The position numbers and the translations under genes were made by a program. The notes under the pieces were generated by a model that saw only the letters and a program-made list of their open reading frames with translations, was not told where the DNA came from and did no database searches. A DNA stretch of 64,000 nt from an uncultured bacterium (GTDB lineage Bacteria; Patescibacteriota; Minisyncoccia; UBA6257; 2-01-FULL-56-20). Below are positions 8,291-17,599 of the stretch, piece after piece; position 1 is the first letter of the stretch; every line of letters starts with the position of its first letter. The stretch spans positions 58,014 through 122,013 of the forward strand of contig CAWJQC010000006.1 in the NCBI GenBank assembly GCA_963844965.1, written 5' to 3'.

Positions 8291-10733
8291 ATATAATCAC
8301 TGTTCCCGCCAAACGATCGCCGGCCTTGAGATTCATGATCTTCACTCCTTGCGCCGCGCGGCCGGTAACGCGCACGCTCTCCAGGCTCGTTCTTATCATC
8401 TGGCCTTTTGCCGAGAGAGCGAAAATTTCTTTTTCTTCGCCCGTGACATGCGCCGAAACCAAGGAACCGGTTTTTGGCGTGATCTTCGCCGTCTTTATAC
8501 CCGAACCGCCGCGACGCTGGATCTTGTATTCCTTGAGTCCGGTCTGCTTCGCGAAGCCGTTCTCCATGACGACGAGCAGCCTCAAATCCTTTATCTTGTC
8601 GCCCAATTCCTCAACTTTAATTATATCAAACCCCGCGACAGCGTCTCCTTTTCTCAATCTGACGGCGCGGACGCCGGCCGCGGTCCTACCCATCTCGCGC
8701 ACGTCGCGTTCGTTGAATCTGATAGATTGGCCTAGTTTTGTGGTTAGGATTACCTGGTCTTTGCCGCCCGAGAGGCGCACCCATTTCAGGGAATCGCCTT
8801 TCTTGAGGGCAATAGCGATGATCCCCGTCCGGCGGATATTTTCAAAATCTTCAAGCAACGTCTTCTTTATCAGGCCGTCCTTCGTCGCCATCACCAAAAA
8901 ATTCTTCTCCTTGCCTCTGGTCTTTTTCTCCGAATAGCTTATGAGAGCGCTGATATTCTCGTCCGTGGGGATCTCCAGGAAATTATGGACCGCCCTTCCC
9001 TTGGAAGTGCGGCTCGCGACCGGAATTTCGTGCACTTTTGTCTGAAAAACGCGGCCGCGATCCGTAAAGAAAAGCAGATTGTCGTGCGTATTCGCGCCGA
9101 AGAAATGGAGCAGGAAATCCTCTTCGGCGACCTCCGAACCGATCAGCCCCTTTCCGCCACGGCGCTGCGCGCGGAAGGTGTTCGGCGGCAGTCGCTTGAT
9201 ATAGCCGCCGGCGGAAAAAGTAACTATCACGTCCTCTTCCGGAATTAAATCTTCAACGCTCATGGCTTTGAGCGGAGTCCGCACGACTTGGGTGCGCCTG
9301 TCGTCGCCGAATTTATTTTTCAAATCCGCTACTTCGTCCTTGATAATTTTCAATATCCGCGCCGGGCTTTTCAAAATCAAATTCAAATCTTTTATCAATT
9401 CGCGTTTCTCTTTGAGCTCAGCTTCAATCCTGTGGCGCTCTAACGCCGCCAAACTTTGCAATTTCATCTCCAGGATCGCCGTCGCCTGGATGTCGGATAA
9501 TTTGAAAATTTTGACCAGATTTCGGTGGGCGTCGTCGCGGTCTTTGGACTTTTTGATAGTCGCTATCACGCGGTCAATGGAGTCGAGCGCCTTGACCAGT
9601 CCTTCCAAAATGTGTGCCCGTTCCTCCGCTCTCTTCAAATCAAACTGCGTCCGTCTGCGGACAATCTGTTTCCTGTAATCCACGTAAGCCACGACCAAAT
9701 CTTTAACAGAGAGAAGCTGCGGTTCTATGCCGTTCACGAGAGCGATGACGTTCAGGTGAAAATCTTTCTGCAGATCGGTGTGCTGGTAAAGCTGGTTCAA
9801 AATTTTCTGAGGCGGAACGTCGGACTTAAGCTCAATCACGATGCGCAATCCTTCCCTGTCCGACTCGTCTCGGATATCGCGTATGCCCTCTATCTTCTTG
9901 GCTTCGGCGAACCCCGCGATTTGCTGGATAAGCTCCGATTTGTTGACCTGATAGGGAATTTCCGTGACGACGATATCAAAGTTGCGGTTCTTCCTCTCAA
10001 CTATTTCCGCCCGAGCCCGCGTCGTAATTCCTCCTTTGCCCGAAATGTATGCCTGTTTTATGGCTTTCTCGTCGTAAATTATTCCGCCGGTCGGAAAATC
10101 CGGACCTTTGATAAATTCCATTATGTCCTCACTTGAAGCGTCCGGATTGTCGGCAACATGAAGAATGGCGTCGGAAACTTCGCGGAGATTGTGCGGGGGG
10201 ATGTTAGTAGTCATGCCGACGGCTATTCCAACGCTGCCGTTCAGAAGTAAATTTGGAAGTTTAGCGGGCAAAACTTTCGGCTCCTGCCGCGTTCCGTCAT
10301 AATTCGGTACCCAGTCAACTGTTTCCTTTTCAATATCCAAAAGCACTTCTTCGGAGATCCTTGAAAGCCTGGACTCCGTATAGCGGTAGGCAGCCGGAGG
10401 ATCGCCATCAATTGAACCGAAATTACCCTGCCCCGTGATGAGCGGATAACGCAAAGAAAAATCCTGCGCCATGCGCACTAGGGCATCGTAAACCGACAGG
10501 TCGCCATGCGGGTGATAACGGCCGAGAACGTCGCCAACCACGGTAGCAGATTTCCTATATTTCGCGAGATGGGTGAGGCCGCTGGACCACATGGACCACA
10601 AAATGCGGCGATGCACCGGCTTCAGGCCGTCCCGCACGTCGGGCAAGGCGCGCGCGACTATAACCGACATCGCGTAGTCAAGATATGACTCCCTAAGCTC
10701 TTTTGTTATTTCACGAGGCTCGATGTTTAACAT
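8289..10733 (-). CDS. gyrA: DNA gyrase subunit A
   Basis: 814 aa, [49 protein letters not shown]..., full-length GyrA architecture. Confidence 0.95.
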   Translation of the reverse strand: MLNIEPREITKELRESYLDYAMSVIVARALPDVRDGLKPVHRRILWSMWSSGLTHLAKYRKSATVVGDVLGRYHPHGDLSVYDALVRMAQDFSLRYPLITGQGNFGSIDGDPPAAYRYTESRLSRISEEVLLDIEKETVDWVPNYDGTRQEPKVLPAKLPNLLLNGSVGIAVGMTTNIPPHNLREVSDAILHVADNPDASSEDIMEFIKGPDFPTGGIIYDEKAIKQAYISGKGGITTRARAEIVERKNRNFDIVVTEIPYQVNKSELIQQIAGFAEAKKIEGIRDIRDESDREGLRIVIELKSDVPPQKILNQLYQHTDLQKDFHLNVIALVNGIEPQLLSVKDLVVAYVDYRKQIVRRRTQFDLKRAEERAHILEGLVKALDSIDRVIATIKKSKDRDDAHRNLVKIFKLSDIQATAILEMKLQSLAALERHRIEAELKEKRELIKDLNLILKSPARILKIIKDEVADLKNKFGDDRRTQVVRTPLKAMSVEDLIPEEDVIVTFSAGGYIKRLPPNTFRAQRRGGKGLIGSEVAEEDFLLHFFGANTHDNLLFFTDRGRVFQTKVHEIPVASRTSKGRAVHNFLEIPTDENISALISYSEKKTRGKEKNFLVMATKDGLIKKTLLEDFENIRRTGIIAIALKKGDSLKWVRLSGGKDQVILTTKLGQSIRFNERDVREMGRTAAGVRAVRLRKGDAVAGFDIIKVEELGDKIKDLRLLVVMENGFAKQTGLKEYKIQRRGGSGIKTAKITPKTGSLVSAHVTGEEKEIFALSAKGQMIRTSLESVRVTGRAAQGVKIMNLKAGDRLAGTVII

Positions 10734-10749
10734 AAGTAAGCAATTCTAC

Positions 10750-10830
10750 GATTTTTAATTTTCAATTTTCAATAAAAATTCATCTACTGAAAATTGCAAA
10801 ATTGAGAATTGAAAATTTTATTGCGGCGGT
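10750..10830. repeat. Palindromic (TTTTCAA)n element, copy B
   Basis: atttttaattttcaattttcaataaaaatt ... gaaaattgcaaaattgagaattgaaaatttta: same family as copy A, on the other side of gyrA. Confidence 0.5.
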
Positions 10831-11228
10831 TTAATAATGTATTCCCTCGGCGCGTTCAGGATATCACCTAAGGCGCGGAGTTTTCCCGCGAAAACTTCGT
10901 AAAGATTGGCCACGGAACTTTTCAGTGTTTGCCAAAAAGACGCGCCGCCCGGAGAAGCCGCTGAATTCTTTTCCGGCAAAACCTGCCCAGCCTGCCCCGA
11001 ATTTTCCTGAGACGAACCGGTCTGCGGTAAGCCGACGGAATCGGTTGGAGGCGCTTGCTCTGAGCTGGCCAAGGGTGGAGCTGACTGCTGGGAGAAAGCG
11101 GCAATGAGATTATTGAAATATGCGAGCCAAACGTATATCACCACAACCATAAGAACGGCGGTTATGACCACAAGCCAGCGCCGTTTTGCCGGTTCCGAAG
11201 CGGATTGAAGTTTTTCCAAAAAATTCAT
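10818..11228 (-). CDS. Hypothetical membrane protein
   Basis: 136 aa with an N-terminal TM helix and a Ser/Gln/Pro-rich tail. Confidence 0.35.
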   Translation of the reverse strand: MNFLEKLQSASEPAKRRWLVVITAVLMVVVIYVWLAYFNNLIAAFSQQSAPPLASSEQAPPTDSVGLPQTGSSQENSGQAGQVLPEKNSAASPGGASFWQTLKSSVANLYEVFAGKLRALGDILNAPREYIIKPPQ

Positions 11229-11240
11229 GAGTGTTATGGT

Positions 11241-11816
11241 TTATGCCCTTAACATCACGACCTTGTCTTTCGTTTCTTCCAAATCCTTTTTCTTGAAAAC
11301 CAATTTCTCCACTTCCTCTCCCTTTTGGCCCATCGCTTTCAGAAATTCCGCCGGGTTTTTATAGAAGGTCGGGATGATAAAGCTTGGTTCAAGCTGTTTC
11401 GCGATTTTCGCGGCAACCGCGGCTTCCAGAAAATGCCCGCCGCCGACTGGAAGAATAAGCACATCGGGCTCATCAAGCTTGTCAATGATTTCCGCAGAAA
11501 GCGGCCGTGAAACGTGGCCAAGCAGGGCAATTTTTATTTCTTCCCAATTCACGAGGTAAACGGTCTTTATAAATTTTTCGGTGGATTCTTCCAGAACGGG
11601 AATCCCCAAAACCTCGATCCCTTTCACCTCGTATTCGCCCGAGAAAGAGATATCGTTTTGCTCCGCAGGATCCTTTTGCGCGCCCAAAAGCTCCGCAGAG
11701 GCCAAAGTACGCAAAATCAAATCCGCCTTGAAACGCGCGTTTTCTGGGTTCACGAGAAGCGACATTTCCCCGCTCTGCAATTTGAACGAACCGTTGCCTA
11801 AGTAGTTGATGACCAT
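11241..11816 (-). CDS. MBL-fold metallo-hydrolase (UlaG/COG2220-like)
   Basis: 191 aa, MVINYLGNGSFKLQSGEMSLLVNPE... resembles the start of small beta-lactamase-fold hydrolases. Confidence 0.45.
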   Translation of the reverse strand: MVINYLGNGSFKLQSGEMSLLVNPENARFKADLILRTLASAELLGAQKDPAEQNDISFSGEYEVKGIEVLGIPVLEESTEKFIKTVYLVNWEEIKIALLGHVSRPLSAEIIDKLDEPDVLILPVGGGHFLEAAVAAKIAKQLEPSFIIPTFYKNPAEFLKAMGQKGEEVEKLVFKKKDLEETKDKVVMLRA

Positions 11817-11958
11817 GCCATTACTGATAAATTTTAACAGAAATTTGCCGGAATTGCCAGTGCAGAAAAACCATTATTTGACCTCGCGCGACTCGATGTG
11901 GTAGCTTGGGGATAGTTCAATTAACACTAAGTCCCTGATTCGTCTGAAGGAGATTGCG

Positions 11959-12672
11959 ATGGATAAACCCTGCACATTCTGCGACAGGACACAATTTGAG
12001 GAACGGCTTATATACGAAAGCGATAATTTTAATATCATAGCCACGCTGGGACAGATAACCGACGGCGGCTACGTCCTGCTATCTCCAAAAGCCCATATTC
12101 TCTGTTGCGGCGCGTTTGGCAAAATCATTACTAGCGAATCGCTGTTTCTTGCCAAACGCATTTGCCGCGCACTAATCGCGGAATATAAACTATGCCGGAC
12201 CAGAAAAACATTATGGCCAGTTATAATGTTCGAACACGGTATCGTAGGCCAGACAATAAAGCATGGCCACATGCATTTTATTCCGGCGATGATGGATCTT
12301 TCCAAAAAAATAAGGGCTGATTTCCCCGCGGCAGAGATTGACACCCTACAATACGCAGCGCACCTTCAGAAACTGTATTCCGAAAATCCCGAACCATATC
12401 TCTTCTGGACAAACAAAGATGGGCGCGAAAACGTATGCTGGAATCCTCCGGCGCCGCCGCAATATCTGCGCATTCTTGCCGCGAAAGAACTCGGCCACCC
12501 AGAACGCGCCAACTGGCGCACCATGGACCAGGAACTTGACCGCAAACTGTGGCAAGAAACAGTACACCGTTTAAAACCTTATTTCATCCGAAGCCCGAAG
12601 GGGCTTCATTTTATATTTAATCACAATTTGCCTATTTCTAACGTAATTCGTATAATCGTATTCATAACTTAA
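11959..12672 (+). CDS. HIT-family (histidine triad) protein
   Basis: CTFCDRTQFEERLIYESDNFNIIATLGQITDGGYVLLSPKAH plus the HGHMHFIP histidine triad. Confidence 0.6.
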   Translation: MDKPCTFCDRTQFEERLIYESDNFNIIATLGQITDGGYVLLSPKAHILCCGAFGKIITSESLFLAKRICRALIAEYKLCRTRKTLWPVIMFEHGIVGQTIKHGHMHFIPAMMDLSKKIRADFPAAEIDTLQYAAHLQKLYSENPEPYLFWTNKDGRENVCWNPPAPPQYLRILAAKELGHPERANWRTMDQELDRKLWQETVHRLKPYFIRSPKGLHFIFNHNLPISNVIRIIVFIT

Positions 12673-13779
12673 ATGGCAGACGTAGCGGAACCAAACAACA
12701 AAACGCAGGGAACCATAACCCAGGCCATCAAAAACGAACTTCAGTCGGCCGACTGGCCGAAGGAGGGGATGGTTGTGGAGGCATTACTAATCAAGAAACT
12801 GCCGCGGCGGGCGTATTTTGATCTGGGTCGCTTCGGCACGGGAATCGTCTACGGCGCTGAAACGCTGAATGCAAAAGAAATTATCCGCGGACTAAAGACC
12901 GGAGACAAACTGCCCGCGAAAATAATCAACATGGACGGAGAGGAAGGATATGTGGAGCTTTCCCTGGCGGAAGCCGGAAAACAAAAATTGTGGCAGCAAA
13001 TAAAGGAACTCGCGGAAGCCGGCGAAGTTGTAAAAGCGAAGATTCAGGGCGCGAACGCCGGCGGTCTCATAGCGACGATCGCCGACATAGAACTTCAGAC
13101 GTTCCTGCCCGTATCCCAGCTTTCGCTTGACCACTACCCGCGCGTGACCGACGCCGACCGCCAGAAGATCGCCGAGGAACTGAAGAAATTCATCGGCCAG
13201 GAATTGAATGTGAAGATTATTGACGTCAACCCGCGTTCCAACAAAATCATCATCTCCGAGCGCGAGGTTCTCTCCGCGAACGTGAAGGAACTTCTTTCCA
13301 AATACGCAATCGGCCAGATCGTGGACGGCCTCGTCTCGGGCATTGCCGATTTTGGAGTATTCGTTCGCTTCGTGGACAATCCGGAAATTGAAGGAATGAT
13401 CCATATCTCCGAACTTGACCACCGGCTGGTTGACAGCCCGAAGGAGATAGTGAAAATAAACGACCAGCTGAAGGTTAAGATCGTGGATATCAAAGAAGGC
13501 CGCGTTTTCCTTTCGCTCAAGGCGCTCAAGTCCGACCCCTGGGATAAGGTAAGCGAAATCTACAAAGCCGGCCAGGATATTTCGGGAAAACTTTACAAAC
13601 TGAATCCCTTCGGCGCCGTAATCAATCTGGACGGTGGCCTGCAGGGCCTTATCCACGTTTCCGAATTCGGCGGCCAGGATGAAATGAAAGCCGCGCTCGC
13701 GCCCGACGTCTCACATAAATTCATGATTGATTCCATAAAGCCGGAAGAAAAAAGAATAATCCTGAAGGTGAAGAAATAA
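12673..13779 (+). CDS. rpsA: Ribosomal protein S1-like (four S1 domains)
   Basis: 368 aa with repeated S1-domain signatures (GMVVEALLIKKL..., GEVVKAKIQGANAGGLIATIAD..., GQIVDGLVSGIADFGVFVRF..., GQDISGKLYKLNPFGAVINL). Confidence 0.7.
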   Translation: MADVAEPNNKTQGTITQAIKNELQSADWPKEGMVVEALLIKKLPRRAYFDLGRFGTGIVYGAETLNAKEIIRGLKTGDKLPAKIINMDGEEGYVELSLAEAGKQKLWQQIKELAEAGEVVKAKIQGANAGGLIATIADIELQTFLPVSQLSLDHYPRVTDADRQKIAEELKKFIGQELNVKIIDVNPRSNKIIISEREVLSANVKELLSKYAIGQIVDGLVSGIADFGVFVRFVDNPEIEGMIHISELDHRLVDSPKEIVKINDQLKVKIVDIKEGRVFLSLKALKSDPWDKVSEIYKAGQDISGKLYKLNPFGAVINLDGGLQGLIHVSEFGGQDEMKAALAPDVSHKFMIDSIKPEEKRIILKVKK

Positions 13780-13789
13780 AAAAGGAGGG

Positions 13790-14026
13790 CTAATGGACGC
13801 CCTCGCCTTTTGTTACTATTCGCCTATTACCCCGCTTCTCAAGATGCCAATGATGGCCTGCCTCGCATTCGTAATCCTCAATTGGACACAGACAACCTCT
13901 TATCGCTTTGCGCCCGCAACCGGGTTCGGGACAAAGATAATAACTCTTCTTCTTGCTCCATGGCATCAATCTCTCGCCATACTTGTATGGAACTCGGCCC
14001 TTTGTAACCTTGTCAATCCATCTCAT
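13790..14026 (-). CDS. Hypothetical small Cys-rich protein
   Basis: 78 aa with CPEPGCGRKAIRGCLCP...CEAGHH motifs. Confidence 0.3.
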   Translation of the reverse strand: MRWIDKVTKGRVPYKYGERLMPWSKKKSYYLCPEPGCGRKAIRGCLCPIEDYECEAGHHWHLEKRGNRRIVTKGEGVH

Positions 14027-14142
14027 CCAAGCACCTCGCTAAAGGTTTCTGGTATTTAGTATAAACCAACGGCGGCAAAAATAAAAGCGGCGCTTTACTT
14101 TTTCCCAAAATTTTATATTCTATATTCTGTATCCTGCCTTAT

Positions 14143-14217
14143 GCCTGGGTAGCTCAGTGGTAGAGCGCAGCCCCGAAGAGGCTGGCGTCCGGTGTTCGAT
14201 TCACCGCCCAGGCACCA
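14143..14217 (+). tRNA. tRNA-Phe (anticodon GAA), CCA encoded, unusual C33
   Basis: GCCTGGG-TA-GCTC-AGTGGT-AGAGC-G-CAGCC-CCGAAGA-GGCTG-GCGTC-CGGTG-TTCGATT-CACCG-CCCAGGC-A-CCA. Confidence 0.7.
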
Positions 14218-14220
14218 AAA

Positions 14221-14252
14221 GAAAAACCCACGTTTAGTGGGTTTTTCTTTTG
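14221..14252. terminator. Rho-independent terminator after tRNA-Phe
   Basis: gaAAAACCCACgtttaGTGGGTTTTTcttttg. Confidence 0.5.
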
Positions 14253-14255
14253 TTC

Positions 14256-14345
14256 GGTCGGGCTGCCCGGATTCGAACTGGGACTAAATTTTACCCCGTA
14301 GCATCCGGCTTTAGTCGGATTGCTTCGGGGCCTCCCACCCCGCAC
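14256..14345 (-). other. tRNA-like 3' fragment (T-arm plus acceptor 3' strand CAGCCCG-A-CC) lacking a matching 5' acceptor
   Basis: Reverse complement ends ...CCCAG-TTCGAAT-CCGGG-CAGCCCG-A-CC. The best local 5' partner, CGGGGTG, has a G.G mismatch. The perfectly complementary CGGGCTG lies about 290 nt upstream in the 14524..14561 fragment. Confidence 0.35.
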
Positions 14346-14358
14346 TAAAAATTTACAT

Positions 14359-14429
14359 TCGGACTGCTGGGAGTCGAACCCAGGCCGCGTGCTCCCAAAG
14401 CACGTATACTACCGCTATACGACAGTCCG
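14359..14429 (-). tRNA. tRNA-Pro (anticodon UGG)
   Basis: Reverse complement: CGGACTG-TC-GTAT-...-CGTGC-TTTGGGA-GCACG-CGGC-CTGGG-TTCGACT-CCCAG-CAGTCCG-A. Confidence 0.7.
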
Positions 14430-14465
14430 ATAAATTTTAATCGCTTAGCTCATAAAATCGGTTCA

Positions 14466-14498
14466 TTCGGAGAAAATGAAAACCGAATTTTCATTTTC
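14466..14498. other. Perfect 14-bp hairpin (GGAGAAAATGAAAA / TTTTCATTTTCTCC)
   Basis: ggagaaaatgaaaaccgaattttcattttctcc lies between the tRNA-Pro gene and the upstream tRNA-like 5' fragment. It could act in processing or termination. Confidence 0.4.
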
Positions 14499-14523
14499 TC
14501 CTCACTGCCAATTTTAGTATGGG

Positions 14524-14561
14524 GCAAGAAGGACTCGTGCTAGCCGTTACACTACAGCCCG
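14524..14561 (-). other. tRNA-like 5' half (acceptor CGGGCTG, D-arm, anticodon stem AGTCC and loop TTCTTGC) with no 3' half adjacent
   Basis: Reverse complement: CGGGCTG-TA-GTGT-AACGGCTA-GCAC-G-AGTCC-TTCTTGC, then ccca with no matching 3' stem. Confidence 0.35.
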
Positions 14562-14689
14562 TCTCGCGCCCCTTTAACTTATTCGATTTTTGATTTAAAA
14601 TCAATGCGAGCTTCTGCCCCTATAGCTCAATATGGATAGACCTATCTGCCGGCAGGCGGGGTAGCGCTCTTCCCAGCCCACCATAATTT

Positions 14690-14761
14690 GCCCTCGTAGT
14701 TCAATGGATAGAACTCCGGACTTCTAAGCCGGATATGGGGGTTCGATTCCTCCCGAGGGCG
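14690..14761 (+). tRNA. tRNA-Arg (anticodon UCU), atypical anticodon arm
   Basis: GCCCTCG-TA-GTTC-AATGGAT-AGAAC-T-CCGGA-CTTCTAA-GCCGG-ATAT-GGGGG-TTCGATT-CCTCC-CGAGGGC-G. Position 31:39 is A.G; otherwise there is a perfect 5-bp stem around a 9-nt loop. Confidence 0.6.
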
Positions 14762-14796
14762 CGAAAACAGATATCGACTTTTTCGCAAAATTAGGT

Positions 14797-15588
14797 ATGA
14801 AACTAATCTCCCTGAACATCTGGGGCGGCAAAGTATACGAACCGCTCATAAAATTCGTAAAAGAATCGGCGCCGAGCACCGACATTTTTTACTTTCAGGA
14901 AGTTTTTTTCTCAAAATCAGGCATAAAAGAGAGCCATGGCACACGGGTGAATATATTGGAAGATCTTGCCGCGGTTCTTCCCGATTTCCGTTCTTTTGTC
15001 GCGCCCACGGCGAGCGGTTACGACAACGCAGGCCCCGTGGATTTTGACATAACCGAAGCGAAGGTGGTTTTTCTGAAAAAAAATCCGGCCTATCTCGCAA
15101 CGGCCGACGGAAATGTCTTCACCTCGGGAAACTATCGGCGTCTAAGCAGAAACGAAAAAATGGAGAATGTACCGACCAACTTTCAATACCTGCGATTGTC
15201 AGCGAATGGCAAAAAATTTGCCATTTTAAACGTCCACGGTGTATCTAGGCCTGGCGACAAGCTTGACACGTCGGAACGCCTCGCGCAGTCGCAAAAAATA
15301 GTGGACTTCCTGCGCGGCGAAGACGGCGCGAAAATTATCTGCGGCGATTTCAACTTACTGCCGCAAACGAAAAGCATCGCGATGATTGAGAACGCGGGGA
15401 TGATAAATCTGATAAAAAAATTCAATATTGAGCTTACGCGCAGCCGACTGTCCCCATTCTTCGGCAAGCCCGATTTTCAAAAATTCGCCGATTACGCGTT
15501 TGTCTCGCGGGACGTCAATGTGATAAACTTCACCGTCCCGGACATTCCGGTTTCCGACCACCTTCCGCTTGTGCTGGAGTTTTCATAG
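14797..15588 (+). CDS. Endonuclease/exonuclease/phosphatase (EEP) family protein
   Basis: 263 aa: MKLISLNIWGG...DIFYFQEV...ILNVHG...ICGDFNLLP...SDHLPLVLEF, the EEP motifs. Confidence 0.6.
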   Translation: MKLISLNIWGGKVYEPLIKFVKESAPSTDIFYFQEVFFSKSGIKESHGTRVNILEDLAAVLPDFRSFVAPTASGYDNAGPVDFDITEAKVVFLKKNPAYLATADGNVFTSGNYRRLSRNEKMENVPTNFQYLRLSANGKKFAILNVHGVSRPGDKLDTSERLAQSQKIVDFLRGEDGAKIICGDFNLLPQTKSIAMIENAGMINLIKKFNIELTRSRLSPFFGKPDFQKFADYAFVSRDVNVINFTVPDIPVSDHLPLVLEFS

Positions 15589-15737
15589 AATATATAATGC
15601 GAATAGGGCGCGGAAAGCGCGCTTAGGGCCGACGCCCCGACTAAAACAGCGCGGGGGTCGGCCTCCCGACGCCGACCAATGTCGGGCGTCGGGACTCAAT
15701 GGCGGGGCGACTCGTTTATTCACCCCGTTAGATTTAT

Positions 15738-15809
15738 GGGCACTTAGCTCAGTGGCAGAGCGACTCGCTTACACCGAGTAGGTCGGAGGTTCAATCCCTC
15801 CAGTGCCCA
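15738..15809 (+). tRNA. tRNA-Val (anticodon UAC)
   Basis: GGGCACT-TA-GCTC-AGTGGC-AGAGC-G-ACTCG-CTTACAC-CGAGT-AGGTC-GGAGG-TTCAATC-CCTCC-AGTGCCC-A. Confidence 0.8.
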
Positions 15810-15867
15810 CTAAAAAATCTAATGGGGCAAGCCGAGAAGGCTGCAGGTCCGATTCCTGCGTCGCCCA

Positions 15868-15963
15868 CAGTGGCAGAGCGACCGCCTTACACGCGGTAGG
15901 TCGTAGGCTCGCCCCGTAGCAAACCGAAGGTTTTGCTTCGGGGTTCAATCCCTACAGCGCGCA
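15868..15963 (+). other. Second tRNA-Val(UAC)-like copy, 5'-truncated, with a 36-nt hairpin insertion between T-stem and T-loop
   Basis: ..C-AGTGGC-AGAGC-G-ACCGC-CTTACAC-GCGGT-AGGTC-GTAGG-[ctcgccccgtagcaaaccgaaggttttgcttcgggg]-TTCAATC-CCTAC-AGCGCGC-A. No GCGCGCT acceptor 5' strand or D-stem 5' strand lies upstream. It is preceded by a T-arm-like GCAGG-TCCGATT-CCTGC-GTCGCCC-A fragment. Confidence 0.35.
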
Positions 15964-16009
15964 CAAAAACAAAAACGTCCAACTGGGCCGTTTTTATTTT
16001 TGTGCGCTT
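15959..16009. terminator. Long hairpin terminator
   Basis: GCGCACAAAAACAAAAACGtccaactgggcCGTTTTTATTTTTGTGCGC. Confidence 0.5.
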
Positions 16010-16120
16010 CAGAACCCTCGGTTCTGAATAATCTCCGACACGGGAGGAACCTCATACTTTCTCGCGCCAATTTCTGAAGAAATTGGCGGCGCAAGGATTA
16101 ATCAATATAATAACTAGAAT

Positions 16121-17059
16121 ATGCTCAAAGTCGGCATTTTAGGAGGCGGGCCGTCGGTGGAGCACAAAGTGTCGCTCGCAAGCGCGAGAAATGTCTACGA
16201 GTCCACTGACCGGACGAAATACGAACCGCATCTTCTGATTCTTCGGCGCGACAAAAAATTGTTTTCGGGCAAAAAAGAGCTGCCGTTCCCGCACGGGCTG
16301 AAGCAGTTTGACATCGTATTCAATGCGCTTCACGGAATGTTCGGCGAAGACGGCAAATTGCAGAAAATTTTTGATCGCACGGGCATTAAATATACCGGCT
16401 CCGGCAGCCGCGCCTCCGCGCTCGGCATGGACAAGTGGCGAAGCAAAAAACTATTCGGAAAAGTCGGCTTAGCGGTACCACAATCAAAACTGATTACGAG
16501 CCGGAAACATTCCAACATTCTGCAGAATATTAGAATATTTCCCGTTGTTTTAAAACCCAGGAATGGCGGCTCATCTGTCGGTGTTTGCATAACGCATTCG
16601 CCGGAAGAATTAAAAAGAAAAGTGGATCGGATTCTCGAGAGCGATGACGCCCTTGTTGAACAATACCTGCCAGGCAGAGAATTCGCGGGTGGCGTTTTGA
16701 AATACAACGACGAACTGCGGCCGTTTCCCATCGTGGAAATAAAACCGAAAGCAAAATACAAATTTTTTGACTATGAAGCAAAATACAAAACGGGCGCGAG
16801 CGAAGAAATAGTTCCGGCCCGCATCGATACCGCACTCGCGCGAAAAATCCAAAAAGCCGCGCTCTTGGCCCACAAAGTTATCGGCGCTAAAACATATTCC
16901 CGAAGCGATTTCATCATGCACAACGGAAAAATTTATATTCTTGAAATCAATACCCTGCCCGGCCTAACGAAAAATTCTCTCGTTCCGAAAGCCGCGCGTG
17001 CTACGGGAATTCCCTTCACGAAATTTATAAGCATCGTCATTGATTCTGCTTTAAAATAA
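16121..17059 (+). CDS. ddl: D-alanine--D-alanine ligase
   Basis: MLKVGILGGGPSVEHKVSLASARNVYE...ALHGMFGEDGKLQ...GKIYILEINTLPGLT. Confidence 0.85.
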   Translation: MLKVGILGGGPSVEHKVSLASARNVYESTDRTKYEPHLLILRRDKKLFSGKKELPFPHGLKQFDIVFNALHGMFGEDGKLQKIFDRTGIKYTGSGSRASALGMDKWRSKKLFGKVGLAVPQSKLITSRKHSNILQNIRIFPVVLKPRNGGSSVGVCITHSPEELKRKVDRILESDDALVEQYLPGREFAGGVLKYNDELRPFPIVEIKPKAKYKFFDYEAKYKTGASEEIVPARIDTALARKIQKAALLAHKVIGAKTYSRSDFIMHNGKIYILEINTLPGLTKNSLVPKAARATGIPFTKFISIVIDSALK

Positions 17060-17095
17060 AATGCGCATTTTTCTATAATCGGTTAAGATGAGATT

Positions 17096-17533
17096 ATGCA
17101 AGTTATTGCGGAAAATCGGCGGGCTAGGTTTGACTACACGATAACTGAAACCCTTGAAGCCGGCATTGAACTTCTGGGCCACGAAGTGAAAAGCGCGAAA
17201 GCTGGCCGGCTAAATCTGGCCGGAAGTTACGTGATTGTCCGCGCGGGCGAGGCCTGGCTCATAAATTCGCAAATCCCGCCCTACCAGCCGAAAAATACTG
17301 CGGCGGATTACGACCCTTCGCGCTCGCGGCGGCTCTTGCTGCAAAAGGATGAGATTGCGAAACTTGCCGGCGCGTTCAAGGCAAAGCAATTTCTGATTCC
17401 CCTCCACGCCTACATAAAAAATAATTTCATAAAAATAGAACTCGGCCTCGGAAAATCCAGAAAGAAATCCGACAAACGGGAAATTTTGAAGAAACGCGCC
17501 GCCGAAAAGGAAATAAAACAACTTGCCCCGTAG
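17096..17533 (+). CDS. smpB: SsrA-binding protein
   Basis: MQVIAENRRARFDYTITETLEAGIELLGHEVKSAKAGRLNLAGSYVIV...LIPLHAYIKNNFIKIELGLGKSRKKSDKRE. Confidence 0.9.
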   Translation: MQVIAENRRARFDYTITETLEAGIELLGHEVKSAKAGRLNLAGSYVIVRAGEAWLINSQIPPYQPKNTAADYDPSRSRRLLLQKDEIAKLAGAFKAKQFLIPLHAYIKNNFIKIELGLGKSRKKSDKREILKKRAAEKEIKQLAP

Positions 17534-17599
17534 TCCCAACTATGGGGTTAGCGGTTTCCACGCACAAAAACAAAGAAGTGGTATAACGCCCGAAACACA

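Noticed and set aside
8254-10688. Multiple 60-230-aa + ORFs inside the gyrA region (8254..8937, 8349..8735, 9262..9678, 9525..10136 and others)
   Set aside because: They are antisense to a full-length, highly conserved gyrA, so they are shadow ORFs.
14154-14345. 63-aa minus ORF
   Set aside because: It overlaps tRNA-Phe, a terminator and a tRNA-like fragment. The translation is Pro/Gly-rich noise.
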